Source: Clostridia bacterium | GTDB taxonomy: Bacteria > Bacillota > Clostridia > Christensenellales > CAG-138 | Direction: 5' to 3' | Length of the DNA stretch: 53,924 nt | Assembly: GCA_017554455.1 (NCBI GenBank) | Contig: JAFZIH010000142.1 | Coordinates: forward strand, 1 to 53,924 | Shown: positions 7,078-14,803 of the stretch, piece by piece | Numbering within the stretch: the first letter of the stretch is position 1 | How the letters are laid out: every line of letters begins with the position of its first letter | The notes under the pieces: model-generated | Database searches by the model: none | What the model was told of the DNA's origin: nothing | Seen by the model: the letters and a program-made list of their open reading frames with translations, nothing else | Made by a program: the position numbers and the translations under genes

Positions 7078-9882
7078 TTATTCGGCGAAATGCTCGGTCG
7101 GACCCTTGTCGCCCGCAAGGATCTTTGCCGCGCGCTTGATCGCGTACTTGCCGACCTTCCCCATCTTGTCCTCGCAGCGCACCATCTCGGACGCCTCGGG
7201 CAGATCGCGGTGCAAATGGATCGCGTCAAACTCGCAGCGCGTGGTGCACAGACCGCAGCCAATGCAGCGATTGAGATCGACGACCGACGCGCCGCAGCCG
7301 AGGCAGCGGTTCGCTTCGGCTTTCACCTGTTCCTCGGTGAACGCGAGCCGCGTGTCGGAGAACGTCGCCTTCGGGTTCACACCGGTCGTACCGGGGATCT
7401 GGCGCTTTGCGTCGTCGTAGCCCGGCAGCGTGATATTCTCTTTGTCGAGTTCCTTGAACTCCCGGAGGTCTCTCGCAATGGTCTGCGATTGACCGGGATG
7501 CACGGAACGGTGCATGGATTCGCACGCCTTCTTGCCGTCCGCGATCGCGTCGATCGCAAACCGCGCGCCGTGCTCGATGTCGCCGCCGGCAAAGATATCC
7601 GGCTCGGCGGTTTGGAACGTGACGGGATCGACGACGACCGTGCCGTTTCTGCGGATCTCGACCTTGGTGTCCTTTAAGAGATCGCCCCAGATCGCGCTTT
7701 GACCGATCGCCTGCAGCACCGCGCTGCACGGGATCGTGATCGTGTCGTTCTCGTCATATTCGGGGCTGAAGCGGTGCTCGGCGTCGTACACGCGCGTGCA
7801 GCGCTTGAAGACGATGCCCGTAACCTTGCCGTTCTCGGTGAGAACCTCCTTGGGACCCCAGCCGTTCTTGACCTCGATCCCTTCTTCCTTCGCTTCCTTG
7901 ACCTCGTCGTCCGCGGCGGGCATCTCGTAATCCTGTTCGAGACAGAGCATCGTGACCTTGCCCGAGGTGCAGCGCGCGGCGGTTCTTGCCACGTCGACCG
8001 CGACGTTGCCGCCGCCCACGACCACCGTGTCGCCGGGAAGCTTGACGGTGTTGTCCAAGCTCACGCGGCGCAAAAACGCCACGCCGGATTCGACGCCTTC
8101 CGCGTCCTCGCCGGGCACGCCGGCTTTCCGTCCGCCCTGCAGACCGATCGCAAGGTAGAACGCCTTATAGCCCTCGTCGCGAAGCCCCCGGATCGTCACG
8201 TCTTTGCCGACCTCGACGCCGCAGCGGAACTCGACGCCCATTTCACGGAGCACGTCGATCTCGGCGTTCAAAACGTCCTTTTCGAGCCGGAAGTTCGGAA
8301 TGCCGTTCAGCAGCATACCGCCGGGACGGGATTCCTTTTCGAACACGGTCACGTCGTAGCCGCGGGTGCGAAGATAGTACGCGCACGAAAGTCCCGCGGG
8401 ACCCGCGCCGATGACCGCCATCTTATAGTCCGGACCCCACATGCCGCCGTCGTCCTTCTCGCAGATCGGGATGAAGCGTTTTTCTGCATGCAGTTCCTGC
8501 GCGGCAATGAATTTCTTGATCTCGTCGATCGCGAGCGGCGCGTCGACCGTGCCGCGCGTGCACGCGTCCTCGCAGCGGCGGTTGCAGATCGCGCCGCAGA
8601 CCGCGGGCAGCGGATTGTCCTGCTTGATGAGTTTCAGCGCGTCCATATAGCGGCCTTCCTTGGCCATCTTGATGTAGCCCTGGATCGCCAGATGCGCGGG
8701 GCACGCGGTCTTGCACGGCGCCGTGCCGGTGTCGTAGCAGTTGATCTTCGCGTCCTCACGGTAGCTCGGATTCCATTGGTCCGCGCCCCATTTGCGCGCG
8801 TCGGGAAGCGGAGAGAGCGGATACGCGACCTTGCTGCCGTCCTTTTTACAGAGCTTCTGCCCGAGCTTTGCCGCGCCGACGGGACAGACCTCGACGCACT
8901 TGCCGCAGGCGACGCACTTTTCGGTCTCGACGTGCGCGCGGTACGCGGAGCGCGACATGTTCGGCGTGTTGTAGAGCTGCGAGGTGCGGATCGCGTTGCA
9001 CACACCCGGCGCGCAGTTGCAGATCGCGACGATCTTGTTCTCGCCGTCGATGTTCGTGATCTGATGCACGAAACCGTGGCGCTCGGCGCGTTCGAGGATC
9101 TCGAGAACCTCTTCATAGCTGATGTAGCGGCCCATGCCGCGGTCGACGCAGTATTCCGCCATGTCGCCGACACCGACGCAGAACTCGCCGTTGATCTCGC
9201 CGCTGCCTTCGCCGCGCATGCTCTGCTGCTTCCGGCAGGTGCACTGCCCGACGCTGTACTTGTCGTACTTATTCAGCCAATGCGTGATGTGCTCGACGTC
9301 CGCGCTTTGATTCTCATGCTCGATCGCCTTTTCGACCGGGATGACGTGCATGCCCACGCCGCTGCCGCCGAGCGGGATCATCTGCGTGATGTTTTCGAGC
9401 GGCATCTGCGTCATGAGATTGAAGAACGTCGCAAGCTCCGGATGCTCCTCCGTGAGCTTGTCGTTCATCATCATGAACTCGGCGCTGCCCGGTACGAAGA
9501 TCGGCACGTTGTAGGTCTTGCCGTGATTTTCGCCCTCGCGCGTCATTTCGAGAAGCCCGACCCAAAGGAGGTGGTCGATCATCTTCTGCGCGTCTTCGAC
9601 GGACATGTTGTTGCGCTTTGCGATCTCTTCTGTCGAATACGGTACGCGCGTCTTTTTGAAGCTCAGCAGGAACTTACATTCCTCCTTCGTGATGACCGCG
9701 TCGAGCGCCCAGTATTCGGGATCGTCGATCTTCAGGGTATGCGTATACTTCTGCAGGTATCGGTCGGTGATCATCGTGCCGAGCTTTAAGATCAGCTTTT
9801 TCTTCTCCTCGTCAACGACCTTGCGGTTCGGATCGGCGCGAAAATCGCGCTCGTTTACCATGCGGTTCTTTTGCTCTTTCAT
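7078..9882 (-). CDS. 934-aa multidomain Fe-S flavoprotein: Cys-rich N-terminal module + GltD/NfnB-like NAD(P)H oxidoreductase + C-terminal 2x[4Fe-4S] ferredoxin
   Basis: CVACGKCVEVCP (4Fe-4S). GltD-type N-terminus (CPAHLAIQGYI...NPLPAVCGAICNRRCEDAC). Dinucleotide fold VIGAGPAGL...GGGNVAVD. C-terminal CLGCG...CIGCGLCTTRCE. The N-terminal 330 aa with CTC / CNCAPGVC motifs is not assignable by eye. Confidence 0.8.
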   Translation of the reverse strand: MKEQKNRMVNERDFRADPNRKVVDEEKKKLILKLGTMITDRYLQKYTHTLKIDDPEYWALDAVITKEECKFLLSFKKTRVPYSTEEIAKRNNMSVEDAQKMIDHLLWVGLLEMTREGENHGKTYNVPIFVPGSAEFMMMNDKLTEEHPELATFFNLMTQMPLENITQMIPLGGSGVGMHVIPVEKAIEHENQSADVEHITHWLNKYDKYSVGQCTCRKQQSMRGEGSGEINGEFCVGVGDMAEYCVDRGMGRYISYEEVLEILERAERHGFVHQITNIDGENKIVAICNCAPGVCNAIRTSQLYNTPNMSRSAYRAHVETEKCVACGKCVEVCPVGAAKLGQKLCKKDGSKVAYPLSPLPDARKWGADQWNPSYREDAKINCYDTGTAPCKTACPAHLAIQGYIKMAKEGRYMDALKLIKQDNPLPAVCGAICNRRCEDACTRGTVDAPLAIDEIKKFIAAQELHAEKRFIPICEKDDGGMWGPDYKMAVIGAGPAGLSCAYYLRTRGYDVTVFEKESRPGGMLLNGIPNFRLEKDVLNAEIDVLREMGVEFRCGVEVGKDVTIRGLRDEGYKAFYLAIGLQGGRKAGVPGEDAEGVESGVAFLRRVSLDNTVKLPGDTVVVGGGNVAVDVARTAARCTSGKVTMLCLEQDYEMPAADDEVKEAKEEGIEVKNGWGPKEVLTENGKVTGIVFKRCTRVYDAEHRFSPEYDENDTITIPCSAVLQAIGQSAIWGDLLKDTKVEIRRNGTVVVDPVTFQTAEPDIFAGGDIEHGARFAIDAIADGKKACESMHRSVHPGQSQTIARDLREFKELDKENITLPGYDDAKRQIPGTTGVNPKATFSDTRLAFTEEQVKAEANRCLGCGASVVDLNRCIGCGLCTTRCEFDAIHLHRDLPEASEMVRCEDKMGKVGKYAIKRAAKILAGDKGPTEHFAE

Positions 9883-9895
9883 ATGCTCCTCCCGA

Positions 9896-10555
9896 TCAGT
9901 ATTTCCATGTTTCGACCTGTTCGCTTACCCACTCTTCCCATGCTTCGAAGCCCTCGCCGGTCTTTGCGGAGACCGCGAACACGCGGATGGTTGGATTCAG
10001 CTTCCTTGCCCTCGAAACGCACGCGTCGACGTCGAAATCGAAGTACGGTGCGACGTCGGTCTTCGTGATGATAAGCACGTCGCTTTTGCTGAACATCAGC
10101 GGGTACTTCAGCGGCTTGTCGTCGCCCTCGGGCACGGAGAGCAGCATCACGCAGCGGCCCGCGCCGGTATCGAACTCCGCGGGGCAGATGAGATTGCCGA
10201 CGTTCTCCAGAAAGACGAGATCGAATGGCTCGTCTCCGAGCCCCTCCAGCGCGCGGCGCGTCATGCCCGCGTCCATGTGGCACATGCCGTCGGTGTGCGC
10301 CTGCACGGCTTTCGCGCCGATCTTTTCGATGCGGACCGCGTCCACGTCGGAATCGACGTCCGCCTCCATGACCGCAATGCGCAGCTCGTCCTTCATGTCG
10401 CGGATCGTGCGCTCCAGAAGCGTCGTTTTGCCTGCGCCGGGCGACGCCATCAGGTTGATCAGCAGCGTGCCCTTCTGTTTCAGCTCGCCGCGTAGCACCT
10501 CCGCGTCACGGTCGTTCGACGCCGTGACCGTTTCTTTGAGTTCGATGATTTTCAT
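9896..10555 (-). CDS. hypB: Nickel-dependent GTPase HypB
   Basis: P-loop SPGAGKTTLL, metal site CH (GMCHMD), ENVGNLICP motif. 219 aa. No His-rich or CxxCGC N-terminus. Confidence 0.9.
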   Translation of the reverse strand: MKIIELKETVTASNDRDAEVLRGELKQKGTLLINLMASPGAGKTTLLERTIRDMKDELRIAVMEADVDSDVDAVRIEKIGAKAVQAHTDGMCHMDAGMTRRALEGLGDEPFDLVFLENVGNLICPAEFDTGAGRCVMLLSVPEGDDKPLKYPLMFSKSDVLIITKTDVAPYFDFDVDACVSRARKLNPTIRVFAVSAKTGEGFEAWEEWVSEQVETWKY

Positions 10556-10585
10556 GCAAAAACTCCTTTATATGTCGTATATTTT

Positions 10586-10614
10586 ATTATATCAGCACAC
10601 GCCGCCGAACGCAA
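10586..10614 (-). promoter_or_regulatory. Putative sigma-A promoter of the hypB operon
   Basis: Minus strand reads TTGCGT-17 nt-TATAAT, about 30 nt upstream of the hypB start. Confidence 0.45.
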
Positions 10615-10646
10615 GAAAAACCGTACAAAACCCATGACTGCATTTA

Positions 10647-10776
10647 CCCCCCTGTGTGTAGCAGTGTAGCAAATGTAGCAAATGTAGTCAGATGATTGTT
10701 ATCTTATATTATTTCATATAATATGACTCCAAAAGCTACAAATGCTACAAATGCTACATTGCTACACACACCCCCC
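10647..10776. repeat. MITE-like element: 118-bp unit with ~36-bp imperfect terminal inverted repeats built from TGTAGCA units, flanked by CCCCCC direct repeats
   Basis: Left arm TGTGTGTAGCAGTGTAGCAAATGTAGCAAATGTAG (10653 onward). The right arm reverse complement is TGTGTGTAGCAATGTAGCATTTGTAGCATTTGTAG (ending at 10770). AT-rich core with ATATTAT/ATAATAT hairpin. CCCCCC at 10647-10652 and 10771-10776. Confidence 0.6.
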
Positions 10777-10826
10777 GAATGTAGTCAAGGTGAGCGTTGC
10801 CCATAAACAGCTTGCGGCGTTTCTGC

Positions 10827-10854
10827 GCAAAACAAAAAAGCGCCTTACGGCGCT
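10827..10854 (-). terminator. Rho-independent terminator of the LTD-ogt operon
   Basis: AGCGCC-TTAC-GGCGCT hairpin overlapping the ogt stop, followed on the minus strand by TTTTTTGTTTT. Confidence 0.75.
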
Positions 10855-11318
10855 CATTTGTTGTGCTGTTGTTCGATTTTCAACAATGCTTCTTTCCGTT
10901 CGATCCCGCCGGCAAAGCCGGTCAAGCTGCCGCCCTCTCCCAGCACCCGATGGCAGGGAATAAACAGGATCAAAGGATTGCGGTGCAGCGCGCCGCCGAC
11001 CGCGCGGGCATGGCGGGCGGTGAGCCCCATCGAAACGGCAAGCTCGCCATAGGTCCTCGTTTCACCGTACGGAACGGCGGAAAGCGCCGTCCACACCGCC
11101 TTTTGAAACGGCGTGCCCTTCGGATCGCACGGCGGGACCGGTCCCGGATCGCGTCCTTCGAAATACCGGTCGAGCCACGCCTTTGCCTCAGTCAGTACGG
11201 GCGAAGTCGGCGCGGTTTCGGGCGTGTCGTCAACAAACGCCGAGATCACGAGCGCGCCGGAATCTTCCTCGATGCGCAGCGAGCCAAGCGGCGAATTGTA
11301 ATAAAACGCGTTATTCAA
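10854..11318 (-). CDS. ogt: Methylated-DNA--protein-cysteine methyltransferase
   Basis: Active-site IPCHRV motif and the surrounding helix-turn-helix region (TYGELA...). 154 aa. Confidence 0.9.
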   Translation of the reverse strand: MNNAFYYNSPLGSLRIEEDSGALVISAFVDDTPETAPTSPVLTEAKAWLDRYFEGRDPGPVPPCDPKGTPFQKAVWTALSAVPYGETRTYGELAVSMGLTARHARAVGGALHRNPLILFIPCHRVLGEGGSLTGFAGGIERKEALLKIEQQHNK

Positions 11319-11919
11319 AGCGGTTGCTCTCCCCCGGCGTCGGGTGTTCGGTCACGGCAAAATCGCCCGCTTCCGTTCTCGCGTAGGCGGCGTCCGTTTC
11401 GAGCATCGGCACCACAAGCTCGTCCGCCTCGACCTTCATCGGCGTGACGAGAAAGAGCTTTTCACCCTCTTTGGACAGATTGAAGCCGGTGCAGAACGGA
11501 TCACTGTCACTTTGCTCCGTTCCGCCGGTGCAGTACAGCACGAGATACGCGCCGGGCTTTAAGATCACGCCGTCCGGGAAGCGGTAGCGGAACTGGTGGT
11601 GCTTCAGATCATTCGTAAACCCGTAGCCGGATAGGTCGATATCCGCGTCGGTGGGGTTGTAGATCTCGACCCAGTCGACCGAGCCGTACTGCGGGTGCAG
11701 ATACGCTTCGCGGTTCGAGGTCATGACCTCGGAAAACTTCGGCAGTCCCGTGGGCTTCGGCAAAAGCCATACCGCCGCCGCGGTGATCGCGGCGATCACA
11801 ACGACGAGCACGGCGACGAGGATCAGCGCACGCTTCCGCGTGAGCCCGATGCGTTCCTTCTGAAATTCGTTCTCAAACGAGAGATCTTCAAAATTATCTT
11901 CCATACCCGTATTATACAT
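11311..11919 (-). CDS. Membrane-anchored lamin-tail-domain (LTD) protein
   Basis: One TM helix (ALILVAVLVVVIAAITAAAVWLL), then an LTD-like beta-sandwich (VDWVEIYNPTDADIDLSGYGFTND...PGAYLVLY). Start is ambiguous: GTG 11937, ATG 11919 or ATG 11904, none with a good SD. The stop overlaps the ogt start by 8 nt. Confidence 0.65.
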   Translation of the reverse strand: MYNTGMEDNFEDLSFENEFQKERIGLTRKRALILVAVLVVVIAAITAAAVWLLPKPTGLPKFSEVMTSNREAYLHPQYGSVDWVEIYNPTDADIDLSGYGFTNDLKHHQFRYRFPDGVILKPGAYLVLYCTGGTEQSDSDPFCTGFNLSKEGEKLFLVTPMKVEADELVVPMLETDAAYARTEAGDFAVTEHPTPGESNRFE

Positions 11920-11932
11920 GAAAAAAACTGTT

Positions 11933-11959
11933 TTCACAAGTGAAACTATATGGTATAAT
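11933..11959 (+). promoter_or_regulatory. Putative glpK promoter
   Basis: TTCACA (11933-11938), 15-nt spacer, TATAAT (11954-11959). The spacer is short, so this is weak. Confidence 0.3.
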
Positions 11960-11986
11960 AAATTATTCCGGAAAGGGGTCCATGGT

Positions 11987-13483
11987 ATGCAGAAATATTT
12001 ATTGTCGCTGGATCAGGGCACGACGAGCTCGCGCGCGATCCTGTTCGATCTTCAAGGGAAGATCATCACCTCCGCGCAGTTCGAGTTCACGCAGCATTAT
12101 CCGATGCCCGGCTACGTCGAGCACGACGCGAACGAGATCTTAAAGACCGAGCTGGACGCGGTCCGCGAGGTCCTGAAAAAAGCGAACGTGCAGAAGGGCG
12201 AGGTCGCCGCGATCGGCGTCACGAACCAGCGCGAAACGACGATCGTGTGGGAAAAGGCGACGGGCAAGCCCGTGCATCCGGCGATCGTGTGGCAGTGCCG
12301 CCGCACCGCGCCGCTGTGCGAACAGCTGATCCGCGAAGGCATGCGGGACTATATCGCGCAGTCGACGGGACTTCTGATCGACGCGTACTTCTCCGCGACA
12401 AAGCTCCGCTACATTCTCGACGCGGTCCCGAACGGACAGATGCTGGCGGAAGCGGGCAATCTCCTGTTCGGTACGGTCGACACGTGGCTCATCTGGAACC
12501 TCACCGGCGCGCACGTCACCGATTACAGCAACGCGTCGCGCACCATGCTCTATAACATCCATACGCTCTCCTACGATCCGGTCATCATGCGGCGGCTCAA
12601 CATCCCCGCGTGCATCCTGCCGGAGGTCAAGCCGTCCGCGTGCGTCTACGGGTACGTGAAGGACGGCATCGAAGGGCTTGAAGTCCTTGCGGGCGTTCCG
12701 ATCGCGGGCGACGCGGGCGACCAGCAGGCAGCGCTGTTCGGACAGGCGTGCTTTGAACCGGGACAGGCGAAATGCACCTACGGCACCGGCGGCTTTTTAA
12801 TGATGCAGACGGGCGAAACGCCGGTCGCGAGCAAGAACCGTCTTCTCACCACGATCGCGTGGGGCGTCGGAAATAAGGTCCGCTATGCGCTCGAGGGCAG
12901 CATCTTCAACGCGGGCAGTTCGATCAAGTGGTTAAGAGACGAGGTCGGGCTGATCTCCTCCGCGCACGAGATCGACACGCTTGCCGAATCCGTGCCCGAC
13001 GCGGGCGGGGCGTACTTCGTCTCCGCGTTCACGGGTCTCGGCGCGCCGCATTGGGACATGTACGCGCGCGGCGCATTGGTCGGCGTGACCCGCGCCACGA
13101 ACCGTGCGCACATTGCGCGCGCAGTGCTCGAAGGCATCGTCTATCAGGTGGGCGATCTTGCCCGCACGATGGAGTTCGACAGCGGCAGAAAGCTTGAGGA
13201 ATTGAAGGTCGACGGCGGCGCGTCCGTATCGAACGTGATGATGCAGTTCCAGGCAGACATGCTCGACGTGCCGGTCAACCGTCCGAAGTGCGTCGAATCC
13301 ACGGCGCTCGGCGCGGCGTACCTCGCGGCGATCGGGGTGGGCTTATATCACGACGAAAGCGACGTTCTGCACTACTGGCAGAGCGAAAAGATCTTTACGC
13401 CCGCGATGAGCGAGGTCGAGCGCGCAAAGCGGCAGCGCGGCTGGACGAAGGCGGTCGAAAAGGCAAAGAACTGGGAAGACTGA
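11987..13483 (+). CDS. glpK: Glycerol kinase
   Basis: MQKYLLSLDQGTTSSRAILFD... is the canonical FGGY/GlpK N-terminus. AAAGGGG SD lies upstream of ATG 11987. Matches GlpK full length by eye. Confidence 0.92.
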   Translation: MQKYLLSLDQGTTSSRAILFDLQGKIITSAQFEFTQHYPMPGYVEHDANEILKTELDAVREVLKKANVQKGEVAAIGVTNQRETTIVWEKATGKPVHPAIVWQCRRTAPLCEQLIREGMRDYIAQSTGLLIDAYFSATKLRYILDAVPNGQMLAEAGNLLFGTVDTWLIWNLTGAHVTDYSNASRTMLYNIHTLSYDPVIMRRLNIPACILPEVKPSACVYGYVKDGIEGLEVLAGVPIAGDAGDQQAALFGQACFEPGQAKCTYGTGGFLMMQTGETPVASKNRLLTTIAWGVGNKVRYALEGSIFNAGSSIKWLRDEVGLISSAHEIDTLAESVPDAGGAYFVSAFTGLGAPHWDMYARGALVGVTRATNRAHIARAVLEGIVYQVGDLARTMEFDSGRKLEELKVDGGASVSNVMMQFQADMLDVPVNRPKCVESTALGAAYLAAIGVGLYHDESDVLHYWQSEKIFTPAMSEVERAKRQRGWTKAVEKAKNWED

Positions 13484-13513
13484 GAGAGTTTATAATCCGA
13501 AGGGAGAAAAAAT

Positions 13514-14632
13514 ATGGCAATCAAAGAAACAAGACCTTATGTGGACTGGGAAACCATCGGAAACTTCATTGTGGACGCGTTCGTTGCGTACGGCGTGCCG
13601 CGTGAGGACGCATTGGTGTGCGCGGACGTTCTGATGGAGAGCGACCGCCGCGGCATCGAAAGCCACGGCGTCAACCGCTTCAAGCCGATCTATCTGGATC
13701 GCATCAAGGCGGGCATCTTAAACCCCGTCACCGAGTACGAAGTGCTCAAGGAGACCCCGACGACCGCGGTGGTCGACGGACATGACGGCATGGGCATGGT
13801 GATCAGTAAGCGCGCCATGCAGACCGCGATCGACAAGGCGAAGCAGTACGGCATGGGCATGGTCGCGGTACGCAATTCCTCGCACTACGGCATCGCGGGC
13901 TACTGGACCACGATGGCGACGAAGCAGGGACTCATCGGCATCACGGGCACGAACGCGCGTCCGTCCATCGCCCCGACCTTCGGCGTCGAGAACATGCTCG
14001 GCACGAACCCGCTGACGATCGCGCTTCCGACCGACGAGGAATTCCCGTTCTGCATCGACTGCGCGACCTCCATCACGCAGCGCGGCAAGATCGAGTACTA
14101 TGCGAGAAACGATAAGGACACGCCCGCGGGCATGGTCATCGGCCGCGACGGCAGCGCCATGACCGACAGTAAGCAGATCCTCATCGACCTCACCAAGGGT
14201 GAAGCGGCGCTCGCTCCGCTCGGCGGCATCGGCGAGGAGCTTGCGGGCTACAAGGGCTACGGCTACGCGACGGTTGTGGAGATCCTCTCCGCGGCGCTGC
14301 AGGCGGGCAGTTACATGAAGATGCTGACCGGCATGGACGAGAACGGCAACAAGCGCCCGTATCATCTCGGTCACTTCTTCATCGCGATCGATCCCGAGGC
14401 GTTCATGGGTCTCGACACGTTCAAGAAAACCTGCGGCGACATCCTCCGCGCGCTGCGCAATTCCGAAAAGGCGCCGGGTCAGGAGCGCATCTACACCGCG
14501 GGCGAAAAGGAATGGCTCGTGTGGCAGGACCGCAAGGACAAGGGCGTTCCCGTCAACGAGGCGGTGCAGAAGGAACTGGTCGCCGTACGCGACGAGAAGC
14601 ATCTCGATTATCATTTCTCCTTCGAGAAATAA
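13514..14632 (+). CDS. Ldh_2-family (malate/L-lactate/ureidoglycolate-type) NAD(P)H-dependent dehydrogenase
   Basis: ESHGVNRF, VRNSSHYGIAGYW and the following Ldh_2 hallmarks. 372 aa. Confidence 0.8.
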   Translation: MAIKETRPYVDWETIGNFIVDAFVAYGVPREDALVCADVLMESDRRGIESHGVNRFKPIYLDRIKAGILNPVTEYEVLKETPTTAVVDGHDGMGMVISKRAMQTAIDKAKQYGMGMVAVRNSSHYGIAGYWTTMATKQGLIGITGTNARPSIAPTFGVENMLGTNPLTIALPTDEEFPFCIDCATSITQRGKIEYYARNDKDTPAGMVIGRDGSAMTDSKQILIDLTKGEAALAPLGGIGEELAGYKGYGYATVVEILSAALQAGSYMKMLTGMDENGNKRPYHLGHFFIAIDPEAFMGLDTFKKTCGDILRALRNSEKAPGQERIYTAGEKEWLVWQDRKDKGVPVNEAVQKELVAVRDEKHLDYHFSFEK

Positions 14633-14644
14633 AAAGCATTGTGA

Positions 14645-14677
14645 AAAAACAGGCACATTACCGTGCCTGTTTTTTTC
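14645..14677 (+). terminator. Rho-independent terminator after the glpK-ldh2 pair
   Basis: ACAGGCAC-ATTACC-GTGCCTGT followed by TTTTTTT. Confidence 0.8.
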
Positions 14678-14740
14678 GTGACTGCGCAATGGGATCCGCG
14701 GCAACCGCAAATGAAGTTTGTCCGATTTTTGGGAAAAATG

Positions 14741-14769
14741 TTGATTCACAGATTAAAAAGCGTTATAAT
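14741..14769 (+). promoter_or_regulatory. Near-consensus sigma-A promoter heading the lipid cluster
   Basis: TTGATT (14741-14746), 17 nt, TATAAT (14764-14769), 35 nt upstream of ATG 14804. Confidence 0.55.
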
Positions 14770-14803
14770 GGCAAAAGTGATTTAATTTGGACGAGTGTTG
14801 TTT

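Noticed and set aside
7699-9789. 696-aa plus-strand ORF. Similar long antisense ORFs: 5370-6605(-), 14753-16471(-), 17877-19649(-), 22712-24373(-), 24762-25850(-), 35460-37178(+), 40570-41640(+), 42154-44112(+), 50070-51806(-), 51803-52831(-).
   Set aside because: Each lies entirely antisense to a gene with clear family motifs. Their translations are Arg/Ala/Asp-rich and low-complexity, with no SD or recognisable motif. These are typical shadow ORFs of high-GC DNA.
10653-10770. Considered a CRISPR array or minisatellite for the TGTAGCA repeats.
   Set aside because: The units are 8-9 bp with no spacers. They are arranged as two inverted arms around an AT-rich core, and no cas genes are present. 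That matches a TIR/operator architecture, not CRISPR.
10742-11447. ORFs 10742-10963(+), 10797-11447(+) and 10858-11052(+).
   Set aside because: They start inside the repeat element and run antisense to ogt, which has the diagnostic PCHRV site.
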